DNA of 64,000 bases from NCBI GenBank assembly GCA_965197585.1, contig OZ240215.1:2976001-3040000 (forward strand). Reading direction: 5' to 3'. The notes beneath the pieces were generated by a model. The model was not told the origin of the DNA. It did no database searches and saw only the letters and a program-made list of their open reading frames with translations. Below are positions 38,780-47,505 of this stretch, piece after piece. The first letter of the stretch is position 1, and each line of letters opens with the position of its first letter. The position numbers and the translations under genes were made by a program. Source of the stretch: Dehalococcoidia bacterium (GTDB lineage Bacteria; Chloroflexota; Dehalococcoidia; Plut-88900).

Positions 38780-40501
38780 ATGGCTAAGGTAGTTAACAAG
38801 AGCATCCGCTACGAGCCCGACGAGCATCCCCCGCATCTCACGTCCATCGGTGTAGCCGCACAGGCTGCACTGCTTGGCCTTGGAGACATCGCCATAGTCT
38901 CTATTTTAATTGTCCGCGTGTCCGGACAAGAGCAGAGCTACCTGGAGTGGATGGTCTTCACCACCATTGTGATCAGCGGGATCGGCATAATTCTCCAGCC
39001 TCTCCGTTTCGGTAAGATCGGGGGCGGGCACCTGCTGTTCGCGGCCACCTCGGCCACTTTCATACCGGCGAGCATTGAGGCCCTCAAAGAGGGTGGCCCG
39101 TCCACCCTCGCCACCATGGTAGTCCTCTCGGCGCCCGTGAATCTCCTGGTCGCGGCCGGCCTGCCTTTGCTGCGGCGCATCATCACGCCTGCAGTCGCAG
39201 GCACTATGCTGATGCTGACCGGCTCCATATTCGTCCTGGTCTCCTTAGTCCTGATGGCCCAAGAGCCCTCGAGCACGGCGGCGGTAGTGGCTGGCGTCAC
39301 CCTGGCAGTAATCACCGTGTTGATGTTGCGCAGCTGGGGCATTTGGCGTCTATGGGCGCCCATAATCGGCATATTGGTGAGCTGCGTAGTATCCGTTTTC
39401 GTCGGATTGTACGACATCGACCTTGTCAAGAGCGCCGACTGGGTGGGCTTGCCTTCGCTCAGCGCCTGGCCCGGCTTCGACATGAGCATCGACTCTAAGT
39501 TCTGGATGTTCCTGGCGGTGTTCATCTTGTCCTCTTTCGCCAACACCATCAAGAATATCGGCGCCTCCGTCGCCGTACAGCAGGTGTCGTGGCGCACTGC
39601 GCGCCCGGTCGAATATAGTGCGGTGCAGGGCTCTCTCAACGTGGACAGCATCACCGGCCTGCTGAGCGGGTTTGCGGCAGCGCCACCCATCACGATGACG
39701 CCGGATATGGGACCGCTTATCCAACTTACCGGCGTCGCTGCGCGCCGGGTCGGTGTGTTTATTGGGATCATATACATCATAGCGGCGTTTTTCCCGAAGT
39801 TGTTGGCGCTCATGCTCGCCATCCCAAACCCGGTGGTGGGTGCGTTCTTGGTCGCCCTCGGAGGATTGACCTTCATGCAGGGTGCGAGAATAGTGATTCA
39901 GGATGGCGCCGACGTTCGGAACGCCACCATCGTCGGGTTGTCGCTCTGGCTCGGCGTAGGTTTCCAGCTCAACCTGGTCTTCCCCAACCTTTTTGCCGGA
40001 GCGCTGCACATCCTGTTCAGCAACGGCGTGGTAATCGGCGGCATGACCGCTGTGCTCATGACCCTGTTCATGTGGCTCACATTGCCCAGCGCCAAGAAAC
40101 TCAGGACCGAGCTCAACATCTCATCGACTTCGGAGGTGGATGAGTTCTTAAACAAGTTCGCATCGAGCATCAGGTGGGACGAAGCAGCGTCGACACGGCT
40201 GCGCGCCGCCGGCGAGGAGTTGCTGACGGCCCTTGTGAATTCGTACGAGGAGTCTGGGACGGAAGAGGCGCGCAAGCTGCTCATTACGGTGCGCCGCGAC
40301 GAAGACGTGGTGGAGATGGAATTCATCGCAGGCCCCTCCACCGAGAACCTGGAAATCCGGCTGGATAACCTCGCCGAGCGGCCCGACACAGAGGAGGACC
40401 GGGACCTTTCCTTCCGGTTGCTGCGTCACTACGCATCTTCGATCCGTCACCAAAGCTATCACAACGTCGACATAGTCACAGTGCGCGTCGAGCAGACCTG
40501 A
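38780..40501 (+). CDS. NCS2 (xanthine/uracil) permease with a C-terminal RsbW-like domain
   Basis: LRRIITPAVAG, LTGVAARRVG, FFPKL and IPNPVVGA motifs; about 135-aa soluble tail with EELL. Confidence 0.85.
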   Translation: MAKVVNKSIRYEPDEHPPHLTSIGVAAQAALLGLGDIAIVSILIVRVSGQEQSYLEWMVFTTIVISGIGIILQPLRFGKIGGGHLLFAATSATFIPASIEALKEGGPSTLATMVVLSAPVNLLVAAGLPLLRRIITPAVAGTMLMLTGSIFVLVSLVLMAQEPSSTAAVVAGVTLAVITVLMLRSWGIWRLWAPIIGILVSCVVSVFVGLYDIDLVKSADWVGLPSLSAWPGFDMSIDSKFWMFLAVFILSSFANTIKNIGASVAVQQVSWRTARPVEYSAVQGSLNVDSITGLLSGFAAAPPITMTPDMGPLIQLTGVAARRVGVFIGIIYIIAAFFPKLLALMLAIPNPVVGAFLVALGGLTFMQGARIVIQDGADVRNATIVGLSLWLGVGFQLNLVFPNLFAGALHILFSNGVVIGGMTAVLMTLFMWLTLPSAKKLRTELNISSTSEVDEFLNKFASSIRWDEAASTRLRAAGEELLTALVNSYEESGTEEARKLLITVRRDEDVVEMEFIAGPSTENLEIRLDNLAERPDTEEDRDLSFRLLRHYASSIRHQSYHNVDIVTVRVEQT

Positions 40502-40505
40502 CTTT

Positions 40506-41012
40506 ATGAATGCAGGCATTACCGCAGGGGCCCTCGCAGCCATCGTAGCCGTGCTGGTCTCCCTGCCACTCAAATCTCCCGACGACTCCCTCCTCAACTC
40601 CGCCTCCGTCGGCATCGCCTCCCTTCTCGTAGGCCTGCTCGCAGGTCTTATGTGGCGAATGCTTATCAATACTGAGGGTCGACCCACAAAGTTCGGGGTC
40701 CTTTGGGGCGTTTCATCCGTCACCGTCGGGGCCATGCTCCTGTCAGCCTTCGCCGTCCAGCTGGACAATCTGATCCCCTTCGCCCTTCCGCTCGTCGTCA
40801 TCGTTTGCCTTATCACAGGCGTCTTGACTCCTCTATTTGGCCGCGACCCCTCGCCATTGCGCTGGTGGGTCGCTCCGGCAGCAGTGGCAGTGGTTCTCGC
40901 CCTGGCGATACCTCTTGCCAACGTAGGCGACGAGGAGTCCGGAAGGCTGGAGCTCCCTCCAAAGTCGGGCCTTGTGCAACCGGCCCCATACATGTACTTT
41001 GATTCCCTCTAG
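40506..41012 (+). CDS. Membrane protein (about 5 TM)
   Basis: Hydrophobic; starts 4 nt after the permease. Confidence 0.7.
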   Translation: MNAGITAGALAAIVAVLVSLPLKSPDDSLLNSASVGIASLLVGLLAGLMWRMLINTEGRPTKFGVLWGVSSVTVGAMLLSAFAVQLDNLIPFALPLVVIVCLITGVLTPLFGRDPSPLRWWVAPAAVAVVLALAIPLANVGDEESGRLELPPKSGLVQPAPYMYFDSL

Positions 41013-41030
41013 CCGGACCGGAGGTCCTGA

Positions 41031-41783
41031 ATGCCAGTAACCCCGCCACGAGCCAAGGTTTTTGTCGCCGCCATCGCCTTGGCCCTGCTTCTCCTCCTCG
41101 CCGCAGCCTGCGGTTCTGTCGATGTCACCGTTGAACGTACAACTTCTACCCCCGCCCCGGACCCCACCCCTACGTCAGCCCCCGCCGATGCGCCTGCACC
41201 TACGGCAGCTCCCGTTGATACACCCACCCCCACCGAGCCCCCACCCGCCGAGCCCGGCTCATACGAAGGCGTCACCTACGTCGTCGGCGAAGGTTCAGAG
41301 GCTACCTTCACCGTCGAGGAGAAGCTGTCCAGCCTTCCCCTGCCCAACGACGCCGTAGTCCGCACCACCGCCCTTTCAGGTGAAGTCCACTTCGACGGTC
41401 GTCCCTCCGTTATCGACATCCAACTACACGAGCTCGAAAGCGACCAGTCCCGCCGGGACCGCTACATCCGCGAGAGGATGTTCCCCAACGACCCCATCGC
41501 CACCTTCACCCTCCCCGACGCCCGCCCCCTCCCCCAAGGCTTCTCCGATGGCAATGAGGTCTCCATAGAGATAACCGGTCAGCTCGAAATCAAAGGCGTC
41601 CAGGCCCCTGTCATCTTCCAGGTCGAGGCCCGAGACGACGGCGACGTGGTGCACATTCTCGGGCGCACATCCTTCGTCTGGTCCGACTTCGGGATGACCG
41701 CCCCCACCGTCGGGAGCTTCGTCAGCGTCACAGACGAAGTCGCCGTCGAAATTCTCATATCCGCCCGGCCATCCGAAGGGTAA
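41031..41783 (+). CDS. YceI-family lipoprotein
   Basis: Lipobox AAAC, PT linker, S.ATF.VEE, L.SD..RRD, GQLEIKGV and WSDFGM motifs. Confidence 0.85.
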   Translation: MPVTPPRAKVFVAAIALALLLLLAAACGSVDVTVERTTSTPAPDPTPTSAPADAPAPTAAPVDTPTPTEPPPAEPGSYEGVTYVVGEGSEATFTVEEKLSSLPLPNDAVVRTTALSGEVHFDGRPSVIDIQLHELESDQSRRDRYIRERMFPNDPIATFTLPDARPLPQGFSDGNEVSIEITGQLEIKGVQAPVIFQVEARDDGDVVHILGRTSFVWSDFGMTAPTVGSFVSVTDEVAVEILISARPSEG

Positions 41784-41901
41784 CGGCCTTTGCATAGCCT
41801 GTGTTGGAGGGGTGGGGCCGCTCGTGCTGAGGCCCTCGAAGTATGAGCGGGGGCTGAGGTTAGTTGCCCAAGATGACACAACAGAACTGAGAGGATAACA
41901 A

Positions 41902-42906
41902 GTGAAGTTCGGCCTTTTCATCAATGCCCAGCATCCGGCAGGGGAGTCGGTTTCTCAGCGCATCGCCGAAGCCTCCGAGCAGACCCGCCTCGCCCGCGAA
42001 GCCGGGTTCCACATGATCTGCGCCGGCCAGCACTACCTCTCCCACCCATACCAGATGAGCGCCATCATCCCCCTCCTCGCCAGGCTCACCGCCGACGCCG
42101 AGGGCATGGAGATCGCGGCTACGGTGCTCCTCATTCCTCTTCTCAACCCGGTTGACGTCGCCGAGACCTCAGCAACCCTGGACGCCATGTCCGGCGGCCG
42201 CTTCGTACTGGGAATCGGGATTGGGTACCGGGACGAGGAGTACACCGCCTTCGGTATCAAACGCTCCGAACGCATCCCCCGCCTCAACGAGGCCATGGAA
42301 ATCATCCGCCTTCTCTGGACCGAAGATGAGGTGGAGTACAACGGCAGGTATTACCAAATTCCCAAAGTTCGGGTCGCCACCCGGCCAGTTCAGAAACCCC
42401 ATCCGCCCATATGGGTAGCCGCCAACGGGCCTCCGGCCATCGCCAGGGCTGCTCGCTGGGGATATCCGTGGGTCATCAATCCCCACGCCACCATCGGTTT
42501 GATTTCCGGCCAGCTTGACTACTACCGCAAGGTCGCAGCAGAGGCCGGTCAACCCATCCCCGACACCCTACCCATGATGCGCGAGCTCTACGTAGCCCCC
42601 GACTCCGCAACAGCCTACGCCGAAAGCCGACCCTACCTCGAAAGCAAGTACGCCGCCTACGCATCCTGGGGACAGGACAAAGAGCTGCCCGAAGGCGAGT
42701 CCTTCTCCGTCCCATTCGACCAACTGGCCCGAGACCGCTTCCTGATCGGTAACCCCGAGGAAGTCGTCCGCGAAATCCAGCGCTACCGCGACGAATTGGG
42801 CGTCAACCACCTGAACATACGGCTGCAGTGGCCCGGCATGCCCCACGCCAACGCCATGCGTCAGCTGGAGCTCCTCGGCAAGGAAGTCCTTCCCAGGTTC
42901 CAGTAG
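41902..42906 (+). CDS. LLM-class flavin-dependent oxidoreductase
   Basis: GQHY, ATLDAMSGGRFVLGIGIGYR and PVQKPHPPIW motifs. Confidence 0.92.
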   Translation: MKFGLFINAQHPAGESVSQRIAEASEQTRLAREAGFHMICAGQHYLSHPYQMSAIIPLLARLTADAEGMEIAATVLLIPLLNPVDVAETSATLDAMSGGRFVLGIGIGYRDEEYTAFGIKRSERIPRLNEAMEIIRLLWTEDEVEYNGRYYQIPKVRVATRPVQKPHPPIWVAANGPPAIARAARWGYPWVINPHATIGLISGQLDYYRKVAAEAGQPIPDTLPMMRELYVAPDSATAYAESRPYLESKYAAYASWGQDKELPEGESFSVPFDQLARDRFLIGNPEEVVREIQRYRDELGVNHLNIRLQWPGMPHANAMRQLELLGKEVLPRFQ

Positions 42907-42935
42907 GAGGGCCGGAGAAACATGAAGGACGAGCA

Positions 42936-43883
42936 ATGAACCGGCTAGTAATACGAGACCGCACCACCGTCGGCATTGCCGTTCCCCAGATGTTCCCGCC
43001 CGGGCCCACCGACCTCGGTCTCATCAAGGAGCACCTTACCCTCGTCGAGGCCCTGGGCTACGAAAGCGTCTGGACCCAGCATGGCGTCTTTGCCACCAGC
43101 CCCAACCTGGACCCTTTCACCCTTCTCGCTTTCGCCGCATCCTGCACCCGAACCATCAAGCTCGGCATCTCTGTCGTCGTCCTTCCCTACCACGATCCCG
43201 TGAATGTGGCCAAGATTTCGGCGAGCCTCGACCAGATCTCGGGAGGACGGCTCATCCTGGGAGTGGGAATAGGCGGGGACGGTGAATCCTACCCGGCCTT
43301 CGGATTCGACGCCTCCCACCGGATTGCCCGCTTCGAAGATGCCGTCACCCTGATCCGCAGGCTGTGGGCCGAGCCCAGCGTCGACTTCCAAAACCGCTTC
43401 TGGAACCTGGAAAACGTCTCCATAAACCCAAAGCCCCTCCAGAAGCCCCACATCCCGATCTGGTTCGGCGCTTCCGCCGACTCCGCGGTCGAGCGCTCGG
43501 CAAGAATGGGCGACGGATTCATGGGTGCAGGCGCCGCAAACGCCTCCGATATCGCTGCGTTCAGGAAGGTTCTCGCCAAGCTGCGCTCTTCCCTCGAAGA
43601 GAACGGCCGAGACCCTGCCACCTTCCCAATCTCCAAACGGGTCTACCTCGCCATCGACGATGACAGGGAGTCCGCGAACCGCAAGATCCAGCAATGGTTC
43701 CTTGACCATTACCACAGCGCCGAACTGGGGATGAAGGTCTCACTAATAGGCTCTGTGGACGAGATCGTTGACAAGCTCGGGCCCCTGGCCGAAGAAGGGC
43801 TGGACATGATCATGTTCAACCCCGTCTACAATCTCATCGAGCACGCTCAAGTAATCGCCGAACAGGTTGTGCCCCAGCTCTAG
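42936..43883 (+). CDS. LLM-class flavin-dependent oxidoreductase
   Basis: ASLDQISGGRLILGVGIG and PKPLQKPHIPIWFG motifs; ATG at 42936. Confidence 0.92.
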   Translation: MNRLVIRDRTTVGIAVPQMFPPGPTDLGLIKEHLTLVEALGYESVWTQHGVFATSPNLDPFTLLAFAASCTRTIKLGISVVVLPYHDPVNVAKISASLDQISGGRLILGVGIGGDGESYPAFGFDASHRIARFEDAVTLIRRLWAEPSVDFQNRFWNLENVSINPKPLQKPHIPIWFGASADSAVERSARMGDGFMGAGAANASDIAAFRKVLAKLRSSLEENGRDPATFPISKRVYLAIDDDRESANRKIQQWFLDHYHSAELGMKVSLIGSVDEIVDKLGPLAEEGLDMIMFNPVYNLIEHAQVIAEQVVPQL

Positions 43884-43978
43884 CAACCCCGGTTACCAGT
43901 CCATATTGTGCACGGATCCTTAATGCCTGCTATCATCTACGCTGTCTCATTCACGCCCACTATCAGGAGACCGCAGAC

Positions 43979-45469
43979 ATGCAGACCCTAGCCCAACTGC
44001 TCGACGCCGGGGCCCCGGACAAAGCCGCCGTAGTAGTGCCTGGTGGTCCGACCCTAACCTACCGGCAGCTCCGAGACCAGGTCGAAGAGTTGGCCTCTAC
44101 CCTATCTGCCGCTGGTCTCTCTAGGGGACAGGCGGCGTCCATAGCCTTGGGCAACGACATCCGGTTCGTAGCCACTTTCCTTGCCGTGGCCCGGCTGGGA
44201 GCGGTCGCCGCCCCCCTCAACCCCAACTACACCGAAGACGAGTATCGTTTCTACATGGAGGACGCGGGCGCTTCACTGGCCATACTCCCGCCGGAGGAGC
44301 ACCCAGCGCGGGGAGCGGCCCAAGAGCTCGGACTCCTCTGCATCGAGGCCCATGACTCGGGTGACGGGGCAGTCCGCCTGACTCGGGAAGGCGCAACGCT
44401 AGAGGGCGGTGGCCAGCCAGAAGGCCCCACCCCTGACGACATAGCGCTCTTTCTCCACACCAGCGGAACTACCAGCCGCCCCAAGGGCGTCCCCCTCAGC
44501 CATGCGAACCTCGCGTCATCCCTCAAAAACATCGTAGGCACCTACGGCCTCTCGGAAGAGGACAGGGCCCTGATGATTATGCCCCTGTTCCATGTTCATG
44601 GTCTCATCGGCGTCCTTTTCTCCACCTTCGCCAGCGGAGGAACGAACATCGTCCCAAGCCGTTTCAGTGCCAGCAACTTCTGGCCCGTGGCCCTGGAGCA
44701 GGCCGCCACCTGGTACTCCGGCGTCCCGACCATGCACCAGATCCTCCTCTCCCGCGCCGACAGCGACAACGCACCTCGCGGCACCTTCCGCTTTATCCGC
44801 TCCTGCAGCGCCGCACTGGCTCCCGCCGTCCTCGAAGGACTGGAGGCCCGCTTCGACTCCCCCGTCCTCGAGGCATACGGTATGACCGAGGCATCTCACC
44901 AGATGTCCTCCAACCCCCTGCCTCCGGCTCAGCGCTTTGCAGGGACAGTGGGCCGGGGCACCGGCGTCCGCATCGCCATCATGGACGAGGCTGGGGCCAT
45001 GCTCGCAGACGGGGATCGAGGCGAAGTCGTGATCATGGGAGCCAACGTCATGAAGGGCTACCGCAACAACCCCGAGGCCAACGCCTCCTCCTTTGCCGAC
45101 GGCTGGTTCAGGACAGGCGACCAGGGCTTCCTCGACGACCTCGGATATCTCAACATTACGGGCCGTTTGAAGGAGCTGATCAACCGTGGCGGCGAGAAGA
45201 TCGCTCCCCTGGAAGTCGACGCAGTCCTTGCCCAGCATCCCGCCGTGCAGGACGCCATATGCTTCGGCGTACCTGACGAAAAATTCGGCGAAGAAGTCCA
45301 CGCCGCTGTCGTGCTAAACGGAGATGTCACGCAGGAGGACATCCAGGCCTTCTGCCAAAAGCACCTCATCGATTTTAAGGTCCCCAAGACCGTACACATA
45401 GTCGACACCCTTCCGCGCACCGCCACCGGCAAGATACAGCGCCGAAACGTCGCCGCACTGTTTAGCTAA
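43979..45469 (+). CDS. Acyl-CoA synthetase, oxalate-CoA ligase-like
   Basis: HTSGTTSRPKGV, RSCSAAL, YGMTEASHQM and RTGD; the subfamily call is inferred from these motifs. Confidence 0.85.
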   Translation: MQTLAQLLDAGAPDKAAVVVPGGPTLTYRQLRDQVEELASTLSAAGLSRGQAASIALGNDIRFVATFLAVARLGAVAAPLNPNYTEDEYRFYMEDAGASLAILPPEEHPARGAAQELGLLCIEAHDSGDGAVRLTREGATLEGGGQPEGPTPDDIALFLHTSGTTSRPKGVPLSHANLASSLKNIVGTYGLSEEDRALMIMPLFHVHGLIGVLFSTFASGGTNIVPSRFSASNFWPVALEQAATWYSGVPTMHQILLSRADSDNAPRGTFRFIRSCSAALAPAVLEGLEARFDSPVLEAYGMTEASHQMSSNPLPPAQRFAGTVGRGTGVRIAIMDEAGAMLADGDRGEVVIMGANVMKGYRNNPEANASSFADGWFRTGDQGFLDDLGYLNITGRLKELINRGGEKIAPLEVDAVLAQHPAVQDAICFGVPDEKFGEEVHAAVVLNGDVTQEDIQAFCQKHLIDFKVPKTVHIVDTLPRTATGKIQRRNVAALFS

Positions 45470-45470
45470 C

Positions 45471-45671
45471 ATGCCTAAATCAACGCCCCCAATCCCCCGC
45501 CCATGGTCCAAAGTCCTCCTCTGGGCCGCAGCAATCACGCTGGCCATAGTCCTGGCGACCGCCATCATCAACCCTCTCTTCGATCGCGTCGTCAACTGGG
45601 GCTTGCTCTTCATACTCGCGACGCTGGTCTTCATAGTCCTCGTCACGGCCTTCCGCCGGCGCTGGTTCTAA
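45471..45671 (+). CDS. Small 2-TM membrane protein
   Basis: Directly follows the ligase; two hydrophobic helices and a basic tail. Confidence 0.6.
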   Translation: MPKSTPPIPRPWSKVLLWAAAITLAIVLATAIINPLFDRVVNWGLLFILATLVFIVLVTAFRRRWF

Positions 45672-45850
45672 CCACCCATCCCCAGGTGGGGGGCCGCTCA
45701 CCCTGAGCAAGCTGGAAGTGCGCCGTGCTGTAAGTCCGCCTTTGGCGGAGAGCATCGAAGGGTCGACCGGGCGCAGGCCCGCGCCCCTCCAATCCATCAC
45801 ACCCATCCACCCCCACCCCCGGAGGGGAACCTGTCCGCCCAAGGCGGATC

Positions 45851-47370
45851 ATCCCGAGGCTCCGCGAGGGATCTGGGGAGAGGGGTCCAGTCCCCTCTCC
45901 CTCCCTTTACTCCGTCATTCCTGCGGAGGCAGGTCGCAGATGCGCCAAGGCGCGAACCCATCCCTCCTGAAAGCACACCCCCGCCGAGCCGAAATCCATC
46001 CCCAGGGGTGGGGAATTCCGTTCGCCCTGAGCGAAGTCGAAGGGTCTCAAGAACGGAATGGGGTGGTGTCCCCTACCCCAAAAGTGACACGAACCCCTTG
46101 ACTCAACATGAACATGCGTACTATATTACCTCTCAGGCCCGACTCCCCACGTCGGCCCTAATCAAGGAAAGGTGGAACATCCGCCCCCTGGCGGAACAAA
46201 AGGAGTCCCATGAGTCGCACAAGCCTTCATATGCCCCATCGTTACCGAGCGGTATGTCACCGCCCGGCCACAGGCACGCGCCTCCTCCCCAATCCCTTTC
46301 CTCCCACCATCCTACGCATCAACACCCACTACAAGCGCTGCCCCAGGGCCGAACGCCTCCGCCTCCGCAGCGATCAATCATCGTCCCGCCTCCTGCATGG
46401 AAGGTCCCCGGACAAATCAAGGCACGCCCTGCTGCAGGGCAGCCGCCTCCGCATCAGCGCCCCCGTCGAGGGGCATACTTACGTCGCCGACTTAGTCCTT
46501 GCCGGCGAATCCCAACAGTCGGATGAGCGCCGACTCAAAACCAACGCACCATTTAAGGATTCCACCGTCGTCACAACCGGAGAACTTCCGACTACGAACG
46601 CCGGTCTCGGGTCCCCGCTCCCATCCCTTAGGGTGGTCGAGCACTTCTGGTGGTCGAGACCGCCCCACACCGAGAATTTCTCGGCTCTCCTCCACATCCT
46701 CTCAGAAGTCAGGGGCAAGGATTCCACCGTCGTCACAACCGGACTACTTCCGACTACGAACGCCGGTCTCGGGTCCCCGCTCCCATCCCTTAGGGTGGTC
46801 GAGCACTTCTGGTGGTCGGGACTGCCCCACACCGAGAATTTCTCGGGTCTCGTTCACATCCCCTCAGAAGTTCGGGGCTGTAGCAAAGCCGGCTTCGATG
46901 TGGAACATCCGCTGTCGCGGACAACACCCATCGGTACAGGCGTCGCCGCCTTCCTGCGCAATCGTCCGGGACCTTCCATCCCCTTCCCCTCCCGTTTTCT
47001 CCGTCTTTCCTGCGGAGGCAGGTCGCAGATGCGCCAAGGCGTGAATCCATTCCCGAAAGGGCAGGGGCCCCGCTCCTCGGGGCGTACCCTCCCCTCCCTC
47101 CCCCTTGTCCATTCCCCCAGTAGGGACGACCGGCCGGTCGCCCTGGGTGTGGGCGCCCCGAATAGGGCGTCCACACCTCTCCCCCTCCCTTTTACCATTC
47201 CGAGGCTCCGCGAGGAATCTCGGACTTGCCCGCTCACCCTTCCCCCCCACCTCACCCCACCCTCGAAAGGGGCCGCCTACTAGCCCATACCCTCAAAATG
47301 CCCCATGCCCATCCTGGGGAAACACCGCAGAACAATCAAAGATCACGCCTGAGTCCGCACATCAATCAAA
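45851..47370 (+). repeat. Copy B of three-copy structured repeat
   Basis: Colinear with copy C from the REP flank to the CAATCAAA pair; IR at 46397-46413/46964-46979; internal 162-nt tandem duplication. Confidence 0.85.
46084..46127 (+). promoter_or_regulatory. Sigma70-type promoter with LexA-like box
   Basis: TTGACT(46098)-N18-TATATT(46122); GAAC-ATGC-GTAC at 46110-46121. Confidence 0.7.
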
Positions 47371-47505
47371 CCTCCCCCTTCATGCCTGGCCCGTCGGCCC
47401 AATCAGGGCATCAATCTGCAGCGGCTGTTTCCGTTGTCCCTCCTGTCACACTGGGTTAGAATGCCGGAGCGTGATTCTACACAGTCCCCTGCCCGGAGGT
47501 AGCCA

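Noticed and set aside
46555-46878. Tandem repeat as a CRISPR array
   Set aside because: Two 162-nt units with no unique spacers and no cas genes
46210-47283. 357-aa ORF (and the 366-aa ORF at 58007..59107) as confident protein genes
   Set aside because: Built from palindromic repeats, several overlapping frames are open, and copy A is frameshifted; kept only as a hypothesis
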